This document shows positions 1-8,568 of a stretch of 64,000 bases of DNA, piece after piece; position 1 is the first letter of the stretch, and each line of letters begins with the position of its first letter. Under the pieces are notes generated by a model that made no database searches, was not told where the DNA came from, and was given only the letters and a program-made list of their open reading frames with translations. Source of the stretch: an uncultured Elusimicrobia bacterium. GTDB lineage: Bacteria > Elusimicrobiota > Elusimicrobia > 2-01-FULL-59-12. A program made the position numbers and the translations under genes. The stretch covers positions 1,728,001 through 1,792,000 of the forward strand of contig OY969767.1 in assembly GCA_963702895.1 (NCBI GenBank). The letters are read 5' to 3'.

Positions 1-3000
1 GCCGGCGGTGGAGGCGTCGGAGGCGGGATTTGCTTCACCTTCCGACCCGGCCCCGCGCACGGGGCTCCGTAATTGATCGCCGCGGGGAGCTTCCAGCGTT
101 TTTCCCCCGCCGATAAGAATCGCCAGAGCAAAGCGCAGCGGGGAAAAGACTCGTGCCAACGCCAGGCGCATGTCGCTCAGGCCGCTCAGCGAAGGAATCA
201 TTCCGACTTCAATCTTCGCGGGATCCGACTTTTTCAAGATCCGGACAAAACCGATGGCGGACCCGCGAATTTCATTCGCCTTCCAATTGGCGCCAAAGAA
301 AGGTCGACGCCCGTTCTTTGCGCCGGCTCCCGCAACGCCTTCCATAATCTTCTGAAAATCGCCCAGATTCTGGCTGGCCCCGCCGACCAGCACGCCATCA
401 ACGTCCTGCTGGCGCATGATTCCTTCGATGTTCTCCGGCTTGACGCTCCCGCCATACAGGATGCGAATCGTGCCTGCGACCTGAGCACCGTACAGCGATT
501 CAATTGTTCCTCTAATAAAGTTCGCCATGTCTTGAATGTCGTCTTCGCTCGCGATTCGCCCTGTGCCGATGGCCCAAATCGGCTCATAGGCAATGATGAG
601 TTCAGCCGCATCCTCGGGAGAAATCTCGGCGAGGCCCTCTTGGAGCTGTTGACGGATCCACTCTTTTGTCTTCCCTTTGTCTCGTTTATCCAGATCCTCA
701 CCGACGGCGAGTATCTTCGTTGGGAAACCTTTCTTGCTCGCCGCGCGAAGCTGAGCGTTGACTCTCTCATCATTGTCGCTCAGATCCATCCGGGTTTCGG
801 AATGGCCGACCAGGACACCTGTGGCCCCCCTTGCCAGGACATCGTCCGCTGATACCTGACCCGTTTTCGCGCCCGGCTTCGGCGTTATCCGTTGAGCGAT
901 GAGACCGACATGTCCAGGCCAGCTCAGCAGGCGGCTTTGCAGGGCGTAGCGCACGCGGTAGAGGTCGTTAGCCTCTTCCAAGCGATTGGGCGTCCGCGCA
1001 CCTCCGAGATGCGCTGTGGCCATGATGAAGCTTTCAACAAAAACAGCCGCAAAAACAGCCACCGCCGCGTAATCGAAAGCGCCCATCCTCGCCCAATCCA
1101 TGTGTCCCAAATGAATCCCTGTCGCGACGGCCAGAACCAGCCAAAAAACAGGGAATATTCCGGCCAGCACAACCGTACGCCAGGCGGTTGGCTCTTGTCG
1201 AAGCCCGGGCACTTCAACGAAGGATTCATTCGGGGAAACCACGCGTTTGGTTGGGCTGTATCCCGCGAGTTTCGCAAAGAATTCTGTGCCGATCTCTTCC
1301 AGCCAGGACGCCGGCAATGCGACGGCGCCCCAAAACCCGCGCACCGGGCTGCGAAGTCTGTCGCCAAACCCTGTGCTCGCCGCCGGGCGGGCGGCGGTGT
1401 CGCCGGTCGCGGGGGCCATGGTGCGGACGCCGGTACCGCCACGGGTCGCGACGATAAGATCAGCGAGGCGTGAAATATCGTCGCTCCTGTCTCGTTTCTT
1501 GATAATCACTCCTAATGCTTCGAGGTAGAAGGAAAGGTGTTCCAATCCCACCCGCTGGATGAAGGCCTTTCCTTCCTCGGTGAGCAAATCTTTTCCCGCT
1601 GGGGATTCCAACCTTGCCAAGTCCCGCCAAATAGCGTTTTCTTCATCACGAACTTCCGATTCACGATCGCGCATCGCGTCACGGCGGTGGCCCAGCTCAT
1701 GTCCGAGAATAAGCAACAGTAATGATTCGGCAATGGCTTTGGCGCTTTCTGAAGCCGTCGGTGCGAACGCGGCTTTCAACGCCTCCAAGACCACCTCGTT
1801 GATCACCAGCTTGGTCGGTATTCCTTCCTTGCCAGGCTCAATATAGGCCGCGCTGACGCTGTAGCGCGGGGCCACGTGAAGCTCCACTGCGCGCACTCCC
1901 ATCGAGATCACTTCTAGCGCTTTCGTGCCGAACGGTAACGCGTCCCAATATTCTTTCAGCGCTTGATTAAGCGCCTTCCGGAAATCTTCGTGTAGATTCC
2001 AGCGCTGTACTCCTTCAGGCCGCGGTCCTTTACGCCGTGCCAATTTAAGACCGCCTGTATAAGAAGGAGGGTTGATGTTTAATCCGGTGTCCACCGACTT
2101 AGCTTTTTGCCCGCCTCCGAACGTCCGCACGCTGCCGGCGGCAACCGTCCTTCCACCCCGGCGGAACAGTGGCCGGAACCAATTGTTTAGCCACGGTAGA
2201 TTCGCCTTGACTGCCACGGATTCTTCACTAAAGTCCGGGCCGGGACCGCTCGCCAGGGCCTGCGGAGGGAGCTGGAGGTCCCGCGCGAGGTCTTCTATGT
2301 TCGCATGCTCCCCCTTCATGCGGGCTTCGTAGAGCTGGTGATAGTCCTCCGAGATCTCGTCCACGTAGGGGGTGATGACGACGTATCCCACGCCCGCCTT
2401 CTTGAACTCGCGGATCATGCCGGCGGTGTGGAAACCTCCGGCCACCAACACAACAGTATCGGTGTAACGGGGTAACGGGGTAACGGGGTAACGGCTTTGT
2501 CGTGACTCCGACACGCCGGCACTCCGATACTCCGACACGGGGCTGCGAAGCAGCGCAAGCGTGTTCTTCGCCAGCGGCTCGTCCCGCATCAGGGCGACGG
2601 CGTAAAAGTCGATGGCGGACTTCAGAACCTCTTCTATTTCAGCAAGGCGTCCCGCGTCCTGCGTTTCGCGTCCTGCGTCCTGCGTCCCGCGTCCCGCGTC
2701 CTGCTTCTTGTCGTTCAGATTCTGCACCGGATCCTTGACGCGGGACTCGGGACTCGGGACACGGGACTCAAGTCGCAACAACTGTTGCGTGATCTCCACA
2801 AAGGCCGGAAGGCGCTGCGCCACGTAGCGGACTTCTTCCAGCGTGGTCTCCTGCCGGAGAAGCTTACTCAGGAAGCTCAGGGAATGGTCGATCTCCGCGA
2901 GGTTCTGTACGAGCGCAACTTCCTTCTCGTCCTGGACGGAGGTCTTGGCGATCTCCAGCTTTCGCTTGAGAAGTTCCTCGGCAGAACGGACATCATAGGC

Positions 3001-3687
3001 TTCCTGCCGGTCCAGACGCTTCAAGCCGTAGGGGTAATGTTCTTTCTTCAGGATGGCAAGCTTCCTGCCGATCCCGTCGAGACTGTTTTTGAGCTGATGC
3101 CGGCTCTGGAGCGTCCCTTTATAGAGCTCCCGGTTAAGCTTGTAATAGTCGGGTTCATCCACGCCGAAAAGCCTGTGCCCCTCGCCGCGCAGGATGGAGA
3201 ACGCCTCGTCGCCGGACATTTCGCCTTTGCTCAGGAAGTAGTCCACGAGCCTGGTTTTGAGCTTGCCGGACGGGTAGTTGGCGAGGATGCTCGTGTCATA
3301 GTCTCCGCTTAGGCCTTCCACGGCCACCCGGCCGGAGACGATGTTTTTGTCATAGAGATAATCCAGAATTTTGACGATGCGCTTTTGGGTGGGGTAATGG
3401 AGGTGGAGATCCTGAATTAAGATGACTGTATCGGCGTATCGGCGTGTCGGCGTGCCGGCGTCACGGCTTGGGTGTGACTCCGTTACTCCGATACTCCGAT
3501 ACTCCGATACTGGAGCTGGCAGCCAGTAGTCCGTAACAGAGGCGATCTTCGGCGAAAGCGAAATCTGGCTGACGATTGAGGGAACGGCGGCGGCGTGGGA
3601 AGGACTGGGGAGCGGAATCGACGTGAGGACCAGCGCCGCCGATATCAAAGTGGATAAAACTTTTCGGGTCTGTTTAATCGGTTCCAT
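1..3687 (-). CDS. Giant multidomain exported/membrane protein, runs off the left edge (>1229 aa): signal peptide, N-terminal IQDLH..VEG..RD..GGFH domain, HELGH metallopeptidase motif, TM hairpin, circularly permuted triosephosphate isomerase domain
   Basis: ATG at 3687 preceded by GGAGG. Manual translation gives MEPIKQTRKVLSTLISAALVLTSIP.. and no stop in the segments read. The track lists no terminated ORF in this frame, and plus-strand ORFs 73-852, 892-1473 and 2785-3312 are its codon-aligned antisense shadows. Motifs GHSETR, AYEPIWAIGTG, YGGSVKPEN, LVGGAS, GANWKAN. Confidence 0.9.
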   Translation of the reverse strand, partial: MEPIKQTRKVLSTLISAALVLTSIPLPSPSHAAAVPSIVSQISLSPKIASVTDYWLPAPVSEYRSIGVTESHPSRDAGTPTRRYADTVILIQDLHLHYPTQKRIVKILDYLYDKNIVSGRVAVEGLSGDYDTSILANYPSGKLKTRLVDYFLSKGEMSGDEAFSILRGEGHRLFGVDEPDYYKLNRELYKGTLQSRHQLKNSLDGIGRKLAILKKEHYPYGLKRLDRQEAYDVRSAEELLKRKLEIAKTSVQDEKEVALVQNLAEIDHSLSFLSKLLRQETTLEEVRYVAQRLPAFVEITQQLLRLESRVPSPESRVKDPVQNLNDKKQDAGRGTQDAGRETQDAGRLAEIEEVLKSAIDFYAVALMRDEPLAKNTLALLRSPVSEYRSAGVSESRQSRYPVTPLPRYTDTVVLVAGGFHTAGMIREFKKAGVGYVVITPYVDEISEDYHQLYEARMKGEHANIEDLARDLQLPPQALASGPGPDFSEESVAVKANLPWLNNWFRPLFRRGGRTVAAGSVRTFGGGQKAKSVDTGLNINPPSYTGGLKLARRKGPRPEGVQRWNLHEDFRKALNQALKEYWDALPFGTKALEVISMGVRAVELHVAPRYSVSAAYIEPGKEGIPTKLVINEVVLEALKAAFAPTASESAKAIAESLLLLILGHELGHRRDAMRDRESEVRDEENAIWRDLARLESPAGKDLLTEEGKAFIQRVGLEHLSFYLEALGVIIKKRDRSDDISRLADLIVATRGGTGVRTMAPATGDTAARPAASTGFGDRLRSPVRGFWGAVALPASWLEEIGTEFFAKLAGYSPTKRVVSPNESFVEVPGLRQEPTAWRTVVLAGIFPVFWLVLAVATGIHLGHMDWARMGAFDYAAVAVFAAVFVESFIMATAHLGGARTPNRLEEANDLYRVRYALQSRLLSWPGHVGLIAQRITPKPGAKTGQVSADDVLARGATGVLVGHSETRMDLSDNDERVNAQLRAASKKGFPTKILAVGEDLDKRDKGKTKEWIRQQLQEGLAEISPEDAAELIIAYEPIWAIGTGRIASEDDIQDMANFIRGTIESLYGAQVAGTIRILYGGSVKPENIEGIMRQQDVDGVLVGGASQNLGDFQKIMEGVAGAGAKNGRRPFFGANWKANEIRGSAIGFVRILKKSDPAKIEVGMIPSLSGLSDMRLALARVFSPLRFALAILIGGGKTLEAPRGDQLRSPVRGAGSEGEANPASDASTAG
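2455..2540. repeat. Inverted octamer tandem-repeat element, in frame in the giant ORF
   Basis: GGTAACGG x4 facing CTCCGATA/CTCCGACA units; encodes PVSEYRSAGVSESRQSRYPVTPLPRYTD. Confidence 0.85.
2647..2770. repeat. Inverted heptamer tandem-repeat element, in frame in the giant ORF
   Basis: GCGTCC(C/T) array facing GGGAC(T/A)C array; encodes ESRVPSPESRV..QDAGRGTQDAGRETQDAGR. Confidence 0.85.
3428..3512. repeat. Inverted octamer tandem-repeat element, in frame in the giant ORF
   Basis: GTATCGGC/GTGTCGGC units facing CTCCGATA units; encodes PVSEYRSIGVTESHPSRDAGTPTRRYAD. Confidence 0.85.
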
Positions 3688-3820
3688 TACCAGCCTCCAG
3701 GAAGAATGTATTAGCCCCACTAGATTAGCGGAATCCACGCGAATTTTGAATAGAACGAAGGGCTAAATAATACTCGCCAATAGTCCCAGACGACCATTGG
3801 GCCCAGTATTCCCCTTGATT

Positions 3821-5208
3821 GAGTTACCATCAAAAGTGCTGGAAATAGGTTTTAAGGCAAGGAAGGATTTGCCTTAGGAAATAGAAACGGCGTACCCTTT
3901 CGTTGAAACACACAAACCTGTCCGTTCGAGCGGACAATAAACGAAAAGGAGACGCCGTTATGGAAACCATTGTAAACGAGAAAGGGACTCAGCACAAAGG
4001 CGAGAGCATGGTGGATTATCTGGCCCGTGAAGGAGCGCGCAAGATGCTGGTGGAGGCCCTGGAAGAAGAAGTGACGATGTATTTAGAGCGTCGGCGCTAT
4101 GAACGGGCGAAGAATCTGGAGAAAGGCTATCGCAACGGAACCCGGGAGCGGAAGGTGACAGTTTTGGGAGCAGGTTTAAAGCTCTCGGTGCCGCAAGTCG
4201 ACGGGGGCGAGTTTGAGTCGAGCATCTTGCGTCCGTACCAGCGGCGAACCGAGGGTGTCGAGGAGTTATTCCGGCGGCTGTACCTGGAGGGGCTCTCGAG
4301 CCGGGACTTTGAGCCGGCGATGCGAGCACTGATCGGGGATGGAGCCACCTTATCAGCCAGCACGATCCTGCGTTTATCGGCGAAGTTTCAATCGGACCTG
4401 GCCACCTTCAGCCGCCGGGACTTATCCGAAACGCGTTACGCCTATGTCTGGGCGGACGGCGTGTACTTGAAGGCCGGGCTGGAGAAAGAGAATACGGCGC
4501 TTTTAGTGTTGGTTGGCGTGAATGCCGATGGGAAGAAAGAGCTGATGGCTCTGATGGAAGGCTACCGGGAGAGCCGGGATTCCTGGAAGGAAATCTGGCG
4601 AGGGGTGGCGGAGCGTGGAATGCCCGCTCCGCTCTTGGTTATCGGCGATGGGATGGGTGGGCTCTGGGAGGCGGTGGCGGAGGTCTATCCGACCGCCAAA
4701 GATCAACGGTGCTGGAAGCACAAGATGCGCAACGTCGTGGATAAAGTGCCGAAGGCCAAGCAAGAGGAGGTGCTCAACCGTCTGCGCGTGGCGTATCAGG
4801 CGGAGCGTCGAGAAGACGCGGAGAATCACCTGGCCTTGTTAGCCGAGGACCTGGAGATTCGCTACCCGAAGGCGGCGGCTTGTATCCGGAAGGACCATGA
4901 CGCCTTGCTGCGCTACTTCGACTTTCCGAAGGAGCACTGGGTGCATTTAAAGACGAGCAATCCGATCGAGTCGGTCTTCGCGGGGGTCCGATTGCGAACT
5001 CGCGTTGTGCGGCGGTTTCAGAAATCTCGCACGGGAGTAGCGTTCGTCTACAAAATCATTGAACGCCTGGCGCAATTCTGGAAGCCGATTGAGAAGCCGG
5101 AATTGGTGATGGGATTATTCGTCGAACGAGAGAAGCTGGAGGTAGCGGCCTAAGAGACTTTCGACCAAAGGGGCGCCGATCGATTTCCATCACATTTGAC
5201 TAAAGCTC
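3821..5208 (+). mobile_element. IS256-family insertion sequence
   Basis: Imperfect 26-bp terminal IRs (GAGTTACCATCAAAAGTGCTGGAAAT vs revcomp GAGCTTTAGTCAAATGTGATGGAAAT); flanking direct repeat CTTGATT at 3814-3820 and 5209-5215. Confidence 0.9.
3960..5153 (+). CDS. IS256-family DDE transposase
   Basis: YLEGLSSRDF, YVWADGVY, IGDG, QRCWKHKMRN, KTSNPIES motifs; SD AAGGAG before ATG 3960. Confidence 0.95.
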   Translation: METIVNEKGTQHKGESMVDYLAREGARKMLVEALEEEVTMYLERRRYERAKNLEKGYRNGTRERKVTVLGAGLKLSVPQVDGGEFESSILRPYQRRTEGVEELFRRLYLEGLSSRDFEPAMRALIGDGATLSASTILRLSAKFQSDLATFSRRDLSETRYAYVWADGVYLKAGLEKENTALLVLVGVNADGKKELMALMEGYRESRDSWKEIWRGVAERGMPAPLLVIGDGMGGLWEAVAEVYPTAKDQRCWKHKMRNVVDKVPKAKQEEVLNRLRVAYQAERREDAENHLALLAEDLEIRYPKAAACIRKDHDALLRYFDFPKEHWVHLKTSNPIESVFAGVRLRTRVVRRFQKSRTGVAFVYKIIERLAQFWKPIEKPELVMGLFVEREKLEVAA

Positions 5209-5443
5209 CTTGATTCCAGGATGGGACTGGGCTTTCCCCTCCCTTCTGGTTGAAAGCATCACCAAATCACGTCTTTCGTAGCGTTGGCGCAAAATCGGTT
5301 TCCCATGCTGGGAGCTCTCGCTCGCAACTTTATCGCTTATTTTGGCTTTGACAAAAATAATCTGTTATTTCAATCAGTTTTTGAGCAACTCCACAATGTC
5401 TTGGACCGAACTCGTATTGGGAGGAAGGGCCCATTTCGGCCAA

Positions 5444-5463
5444 TGTTACAGGATTGTTACAGG
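5444..5463. promoter_or_regulatory. Tandem direct repeat TGTTACAGG with 11-bp period, candidate response-regulator box
   Basis: TGTTACAGGATTGTTACAGG in an intergenic region. Confidence 0.45.
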
Positions 5464-5550
5464 TTCGCTATACCAGCTTTACAGCTCCAGCGCATCCTTA
5501 AAGTGGAAGCCAACGGGGGGGGGAGAAATGGGGTCCTTATGTTCTCTCCA

Positions 5551-5982
5551 ATGCTCTCTATTAAAGCCCTCTTCCTCGTTTCTCTTATCTTCCTTTCCCC
5601 CACCTTCGCCTTCTGTGATCCCCAAGGTATCGTCGATTACTCGATTGAATGGGGTCCGGTGGTTCGATCGGACTATACGTTTGTCTTTTCTGGAATCGTT
5701 TCCCGGGAGGGCCATCCCTGCCCCAACGCGAGGGTCGAGCTTGATCTCGAGACAGCGACCGAGGGCATTGTCACCGAAAGCGCCCTGGCGGGAGATGATG
5801 GCCGCTATCAAATCGCCATCACCATTACGGCTTCACCCGAGCAGTCTTCCAATTGGAAGCTGCAGGCCCGTAGCGGCGGTATCGAACGCGCTCAAACCGG
5901 CGAAGCGGAAGGACGCGTCATTTTACTGGAAGGGCAAACCAGCATCATCGTAGACAGGCCTCTCAACCTCGTTCAGGCTTAA
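5551..5982 (+). CDS. Small exported protein, carboxypeptidase-regulatory/transthyretin-like beta domain (start uncertain)
   Basis: Signal-like MLSIKALFLVSLIFLSPTFAFC; SGIVSREGHPCPNARVEL and GDDGRYQI pattern. Confidence 0.6.
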   Translation: MLSIKALFLVSLIFLSPTFAFCDPQGIVDYSIEWGPVVRSDYTFVFSGIVSREGHPCPNARVELDLETATEGIVTESALAGDDGRYQIAITITASPEQSSNWKLQARSGGIERAQTGEAEGRVILLEGQTSIIVDRPLNLVQA

Positions 5983-6025
5983 AGGAGCTGATTATGGAAA
6001 TTTCCTATAATTCGTTCACCTTCCG

Positions 6026-7438
6026 ATGGATGCTAAATCAATTCTTGTCCTGGGTGGCGGTCCCGGTGGCTATGCCGCGGCGCTGGAAGCAGCGCAAAAG
6101 GGTCTTTCCGTCACTCTTGTGGATCCCGGTCCCTTGGGAGGCACCTGTCTGCATCGAGGCTGTGTCCCCTCGAAGTTTTTCCTTTCCCAGGCCAGGCATG
6201 CCGCGGAGCCGGTAACTCAGCTCGAGAAACTCCTCCAGCAAAAAGACGCTATCCTCACCACCCTGCGCCAGCGCATGGAGCAGGCGGCCAAATCCGCCAA
6301 CATTAAGCTCGTGAGCGGCACGGCGAGGTTTGTCTCGCCAAATACAGTTGAAATAACGTCTCCTGGATCGTCCGACGTTCGACGTCTGACGCCCATCCAG
6401 ACGTCGGACCTCGGACGTCGGACGGCCGATGCCTTTATTCTGGCGACGGGTTCTTCCCCCATTTTCCCAGACGTATTCCCGAAACATCCAGCCCTCTTCA
6501 CCAGCGATACTATTTTCTCGATTGATTATCTCCCAGCTCATCTCGTCGTCGTAGGCGGTGGCTACATCGGCACGGAGCTTGCCTGTGCGTTTCAGGGACT
6601 TGGCTCCAAAGTGACGCTGATCGAAAAAGAGCCGGCGCTTCTCGCCACGCAGCCGGAATTTGCGGCCGCAGCCCCTGTGCTGCAAAGATCGCTCGCCAAG
6701 CGCGGCATGAGCGTCTGGACCGGGACGGAAGTCCGATCGGTGGCCTCCGCTGGCGAGCGAAAGCTTTTGGTCACCTGCTCCAATGGCGAGGTTCTCGAGG
6801 CCAACGCCTTGCTCCTCGCGCTCGGCCGCCGCCCCAATCACGACGCCTTGAATCTGGCGGCGGCCGGCATCACGCTCACCGGTCCTCGCCTTGGGGTGAA
6901 CGCCAATTTTCAGACTTCCGTCCCCACGATTTACGCGATTGGAGACCTGGTAAGCCCCTTGCCTCTGGCCCACACCGCCACGAAGGAAGCCGAGATGGCG
7001 ATCGCTCACCTGACCGGTGAAAAGAAAACGCCCCTTTATTACTCTCTCATTCCGCGCGTGATCTTCACGTGGCCGGAGGTCGCCGCGGTCGGACTGACCG
7101 AGGACCAAGCCCTGGCGGCAGGCCACAAGACCCGGATCGATCGCTACCACTTTGCCGCCAATTCCAAGGCCCTTGTGGAAAGCGATTCCGAAGGTTTTTG
7201 GACGGTTCTTTCGGACGCGGATTCAAAAAAGATTTTAGGCTCGATGATCATCGGCCCGCAGGCGACCGAACTCATTCATCTGGTCGCCCTTGCCCTTCGG
7301 GCCGGTTTTACGACCGCGGATGTCGCCGATACGGTCTTTGCTCACCCCACGCTCTCCGAAGGCTTCCAAGAGGTGATGAAACGCTCTGTTTCAAAAGCCC
7401 CCTTCTCCCGTCCGCAGGATGGGAGAAGGACGGGATGA
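6026..7438 (+). CDS. lpdA: Dihydrolipoyl dehydrogenase
   Basis: GGGPGG, GGTCLHRGCVPSK, GGGYIG, HPTLSE; next to lipA/gcv genes. Confidence 0.93.
   Translation: MDAKSILVLGGGPGGYAAALEAAQKGLSVTLVDPGPLGGTCLHRGCVPSKFFLSQARHAAEPVTQLEKLLQQKDAILTTLRQRMEQAAKSANIKLVSGTARFVSPNTVEITSPGSSDVRRLTPIQTSDLGRRTADAFILATGSSPIFPDVFPKHPALFTSDTIFSIDYLPAHLVVVGGGYIGTELACAFQGLGSKVTLIEKEPALLATQPEFAAAAPVLQRSLAKRGMSVWTGTEVRSVASAGERKLLVTCSNGEVLEANALLLALGRRPNHDALNLAAAGITLTGPRLGVNANFQTSVPTIYAIGDLVSPLPLAHTATKEAEMAIAHLTGEKKTPLYYSLIPRVIFTWPEVAAVGLTEDQALAAGHKTRIDRYHFAANSKALVESDSEGFWTVLSDADSKKILGSMIIGPQATELIHLVALALRAGFTTADVADTVFAHPTLSEGFQEVMKRSVSKAPFSRPQDGRRTG
6369..6424. repeat. Inverted heptamer (CGTCCGA/TCGGACG) element in frame in lpdA
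   Basis: Encodes SDVRRLTPIQTSDLGRRT just before DAFILATGS. Confidence 0.85.
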
Positions 7439-7524
7439 GGGCCCAGCGCATGGATGTTTTATCTCCGGTGCCCTCACCCGTTGCCCATTGGGCAACGCCC
7501 TCTCCCACCTTCGGCGGGAGAGGG
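7398..7524. repeat. Multi-hairpin REP-like element (CCTTCTCCC..GGGAGAAGG / CCCTC..CTCTCCC..GGGAGAGGG) across the lpdA/lipA junction
   Basis: Nested inverted repeats; second copy at 8120-8220. Confidence 0.8.
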
Positions 7525-8529
7525 AGTCCTCGTCGCTCCCTGCCGCCCGAGTATCAGCGCGAGATTCCTGTGGGCCCCCTCTTTCATCACGTGAATCAGG
7601 TGGTCGACGCCGGAAAGCTCAACACCATTTGCGTCAGCGGCAAATGCCCGAATCGCGGAGAATGTTTCTCCAGAGGAAGCCTCGCCTTTATGATCCTGGG
7701 CGACACCTGCACCCGGCATTGCAGCTTCTGTGCCGTCAAAGCCGGCAATCCGCAAGGTGTCGTGGACTGGGATGAGCCCCGGCGTGTTGCGCATGCGGTC
7801 CAGGCGCTTCACTTGAAACATGTTGTGATCACGGCGGTGGCGCGTGATGATCTGGAAGACGGCGGGGCTTGCGTCTTTGCGGCCTGCATCCGTGAAGTGC
7901 GCCAAGCGTCTCCCAAGACGATCGTTGAAGTGCTGACTTCCGATTTTGAAGGAAACACCGCCGCCATCGATACGGTCCTTGCGGCCAGGCCGGATATTTT
8001 TAATCACAACCTCGAAACCGTTGAGCGGCTCACCCCGAAAATCCGGTCGAAAGCCACCTATCAGAGATCCTTAGAGGTGCTGAGCTATATCAACAGCCAA
8101 ACGATGAAATTCGCTCATTCCCGCCTCTCCCGGCGGAAGACGGGAGAGGCTATCGGTGAGGGCAAAAACTATGTGCCCTCATCCCAGCCTTCTCCCAACC
8201 TTTGGTTTGGGAGAAGGGGTCTCATAACGAAATCCGGACTGATGCTGGGTCTTGGCGAAACGCGTGAAGAAGTCCTGCAAGCGCTTATGGACCTTCGTTC
8301 GGTAGGCTGTGACTACCTGACCCTCGGCCAGTATCTGCAGCCTTCCACGAAGCACCTCACGATTCAAAACTTTGTGCCGCTCGAGCACTTCCGGTATTGG
8401 AAGGACAAAGCGCTTGAGCTGGGATTCCGCAGCGTCGCCTCAGGACCTCTCGTGCGCAGCTCCTATTTCGCGGATCGACTTTACGAAGCGTCCGACGTCC
8501 AACGTCCGACGCCGGAGGCCGTGGCATGA
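7435..8529 (+). CDS. lipA: Lipoyl synthase
   Basis: CVSGKCPNRGEC, CTRHCSFC, HNLETV, KSGLMLGLGE, RSSY; ATGA overlap with the lpdA stop. Confidence 0.95.
   Translation: MRAQRMDVLSPVPSPVAHWATPSPTFGGRGSPRRSLPPEYQREIPVGPLFHHVNQVVDAGKLNTICVSGKCPNRGECFSRGSLAFMILGDTCTRHCSFCAVKAGNPQGVVDWDEPRRVAHAVQALHLKHVVITAVARDDLEDGGACVFAACIREVRQASPKTIVEVLTSDFEGNTAAIDTVLAARPDIFNHNLETVERLTPKIRSKATYQRSLEVLSYINSQTMKFAHSRLSRRKTGEAIGEGKNYVPSSQPSPNLWFGRRGLITKSGLMLGLGETREEVLQALMDLRSVGCDYLTLGQYLQPSTKHLTIQNFVPLEHFRYWKDKALELGFRSVASGPLVRSSYFADRLYEASDVQRPTPEAVA
8120..8220. repeat. Multi-hairpin REP-like element in frame inside lipA
   Basis: Insert SRLSRRKTGEAIGEGKNYVPSSQPSPNLWFGRRG before ITKSGLM; same family as 7398-7524. 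Confidence 0.8.
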
Positions 8530-8568
8530 CCCTCTCCTCACAGGACGTCGCACCTCGGACGTCGGACG
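8489..8568. repeat. Inverted heptamer element spanning the lipA/gcvT junction
   Basis: CGTCCGA-type x4, then the ATGA overlap, then TCGGACG-type x3-4. Confidence 0.85.

Noticed and set aside
1020..1320. CPBP/Abi intramembrane protease in the giant ORF (WLEE plus TM helices)
   Set aside because: EExxxR and the downstream FxxxH/HxxxN motifs are not convincingly present.
2455..2770. CRISPR array or sequencing stutter interpretation of the short repeats
   Set aside because: 7-8-bp degenerate units without spacers, arranged as inverted arms and preserving the reading frame.
73..3312. Plus-strand ORFs 73-852, 892-1473 and 2785-3312
   Set aside because: Codon-aligned antisense shadows of the giant minus-strand ORF; no recognisable motifs.
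5983..6025. Glycine riboswitch ahead of the lpdA-gcv genes or gcvPA
   Set aside because: Upstream gaps are too short and lack the aptamer consensus.
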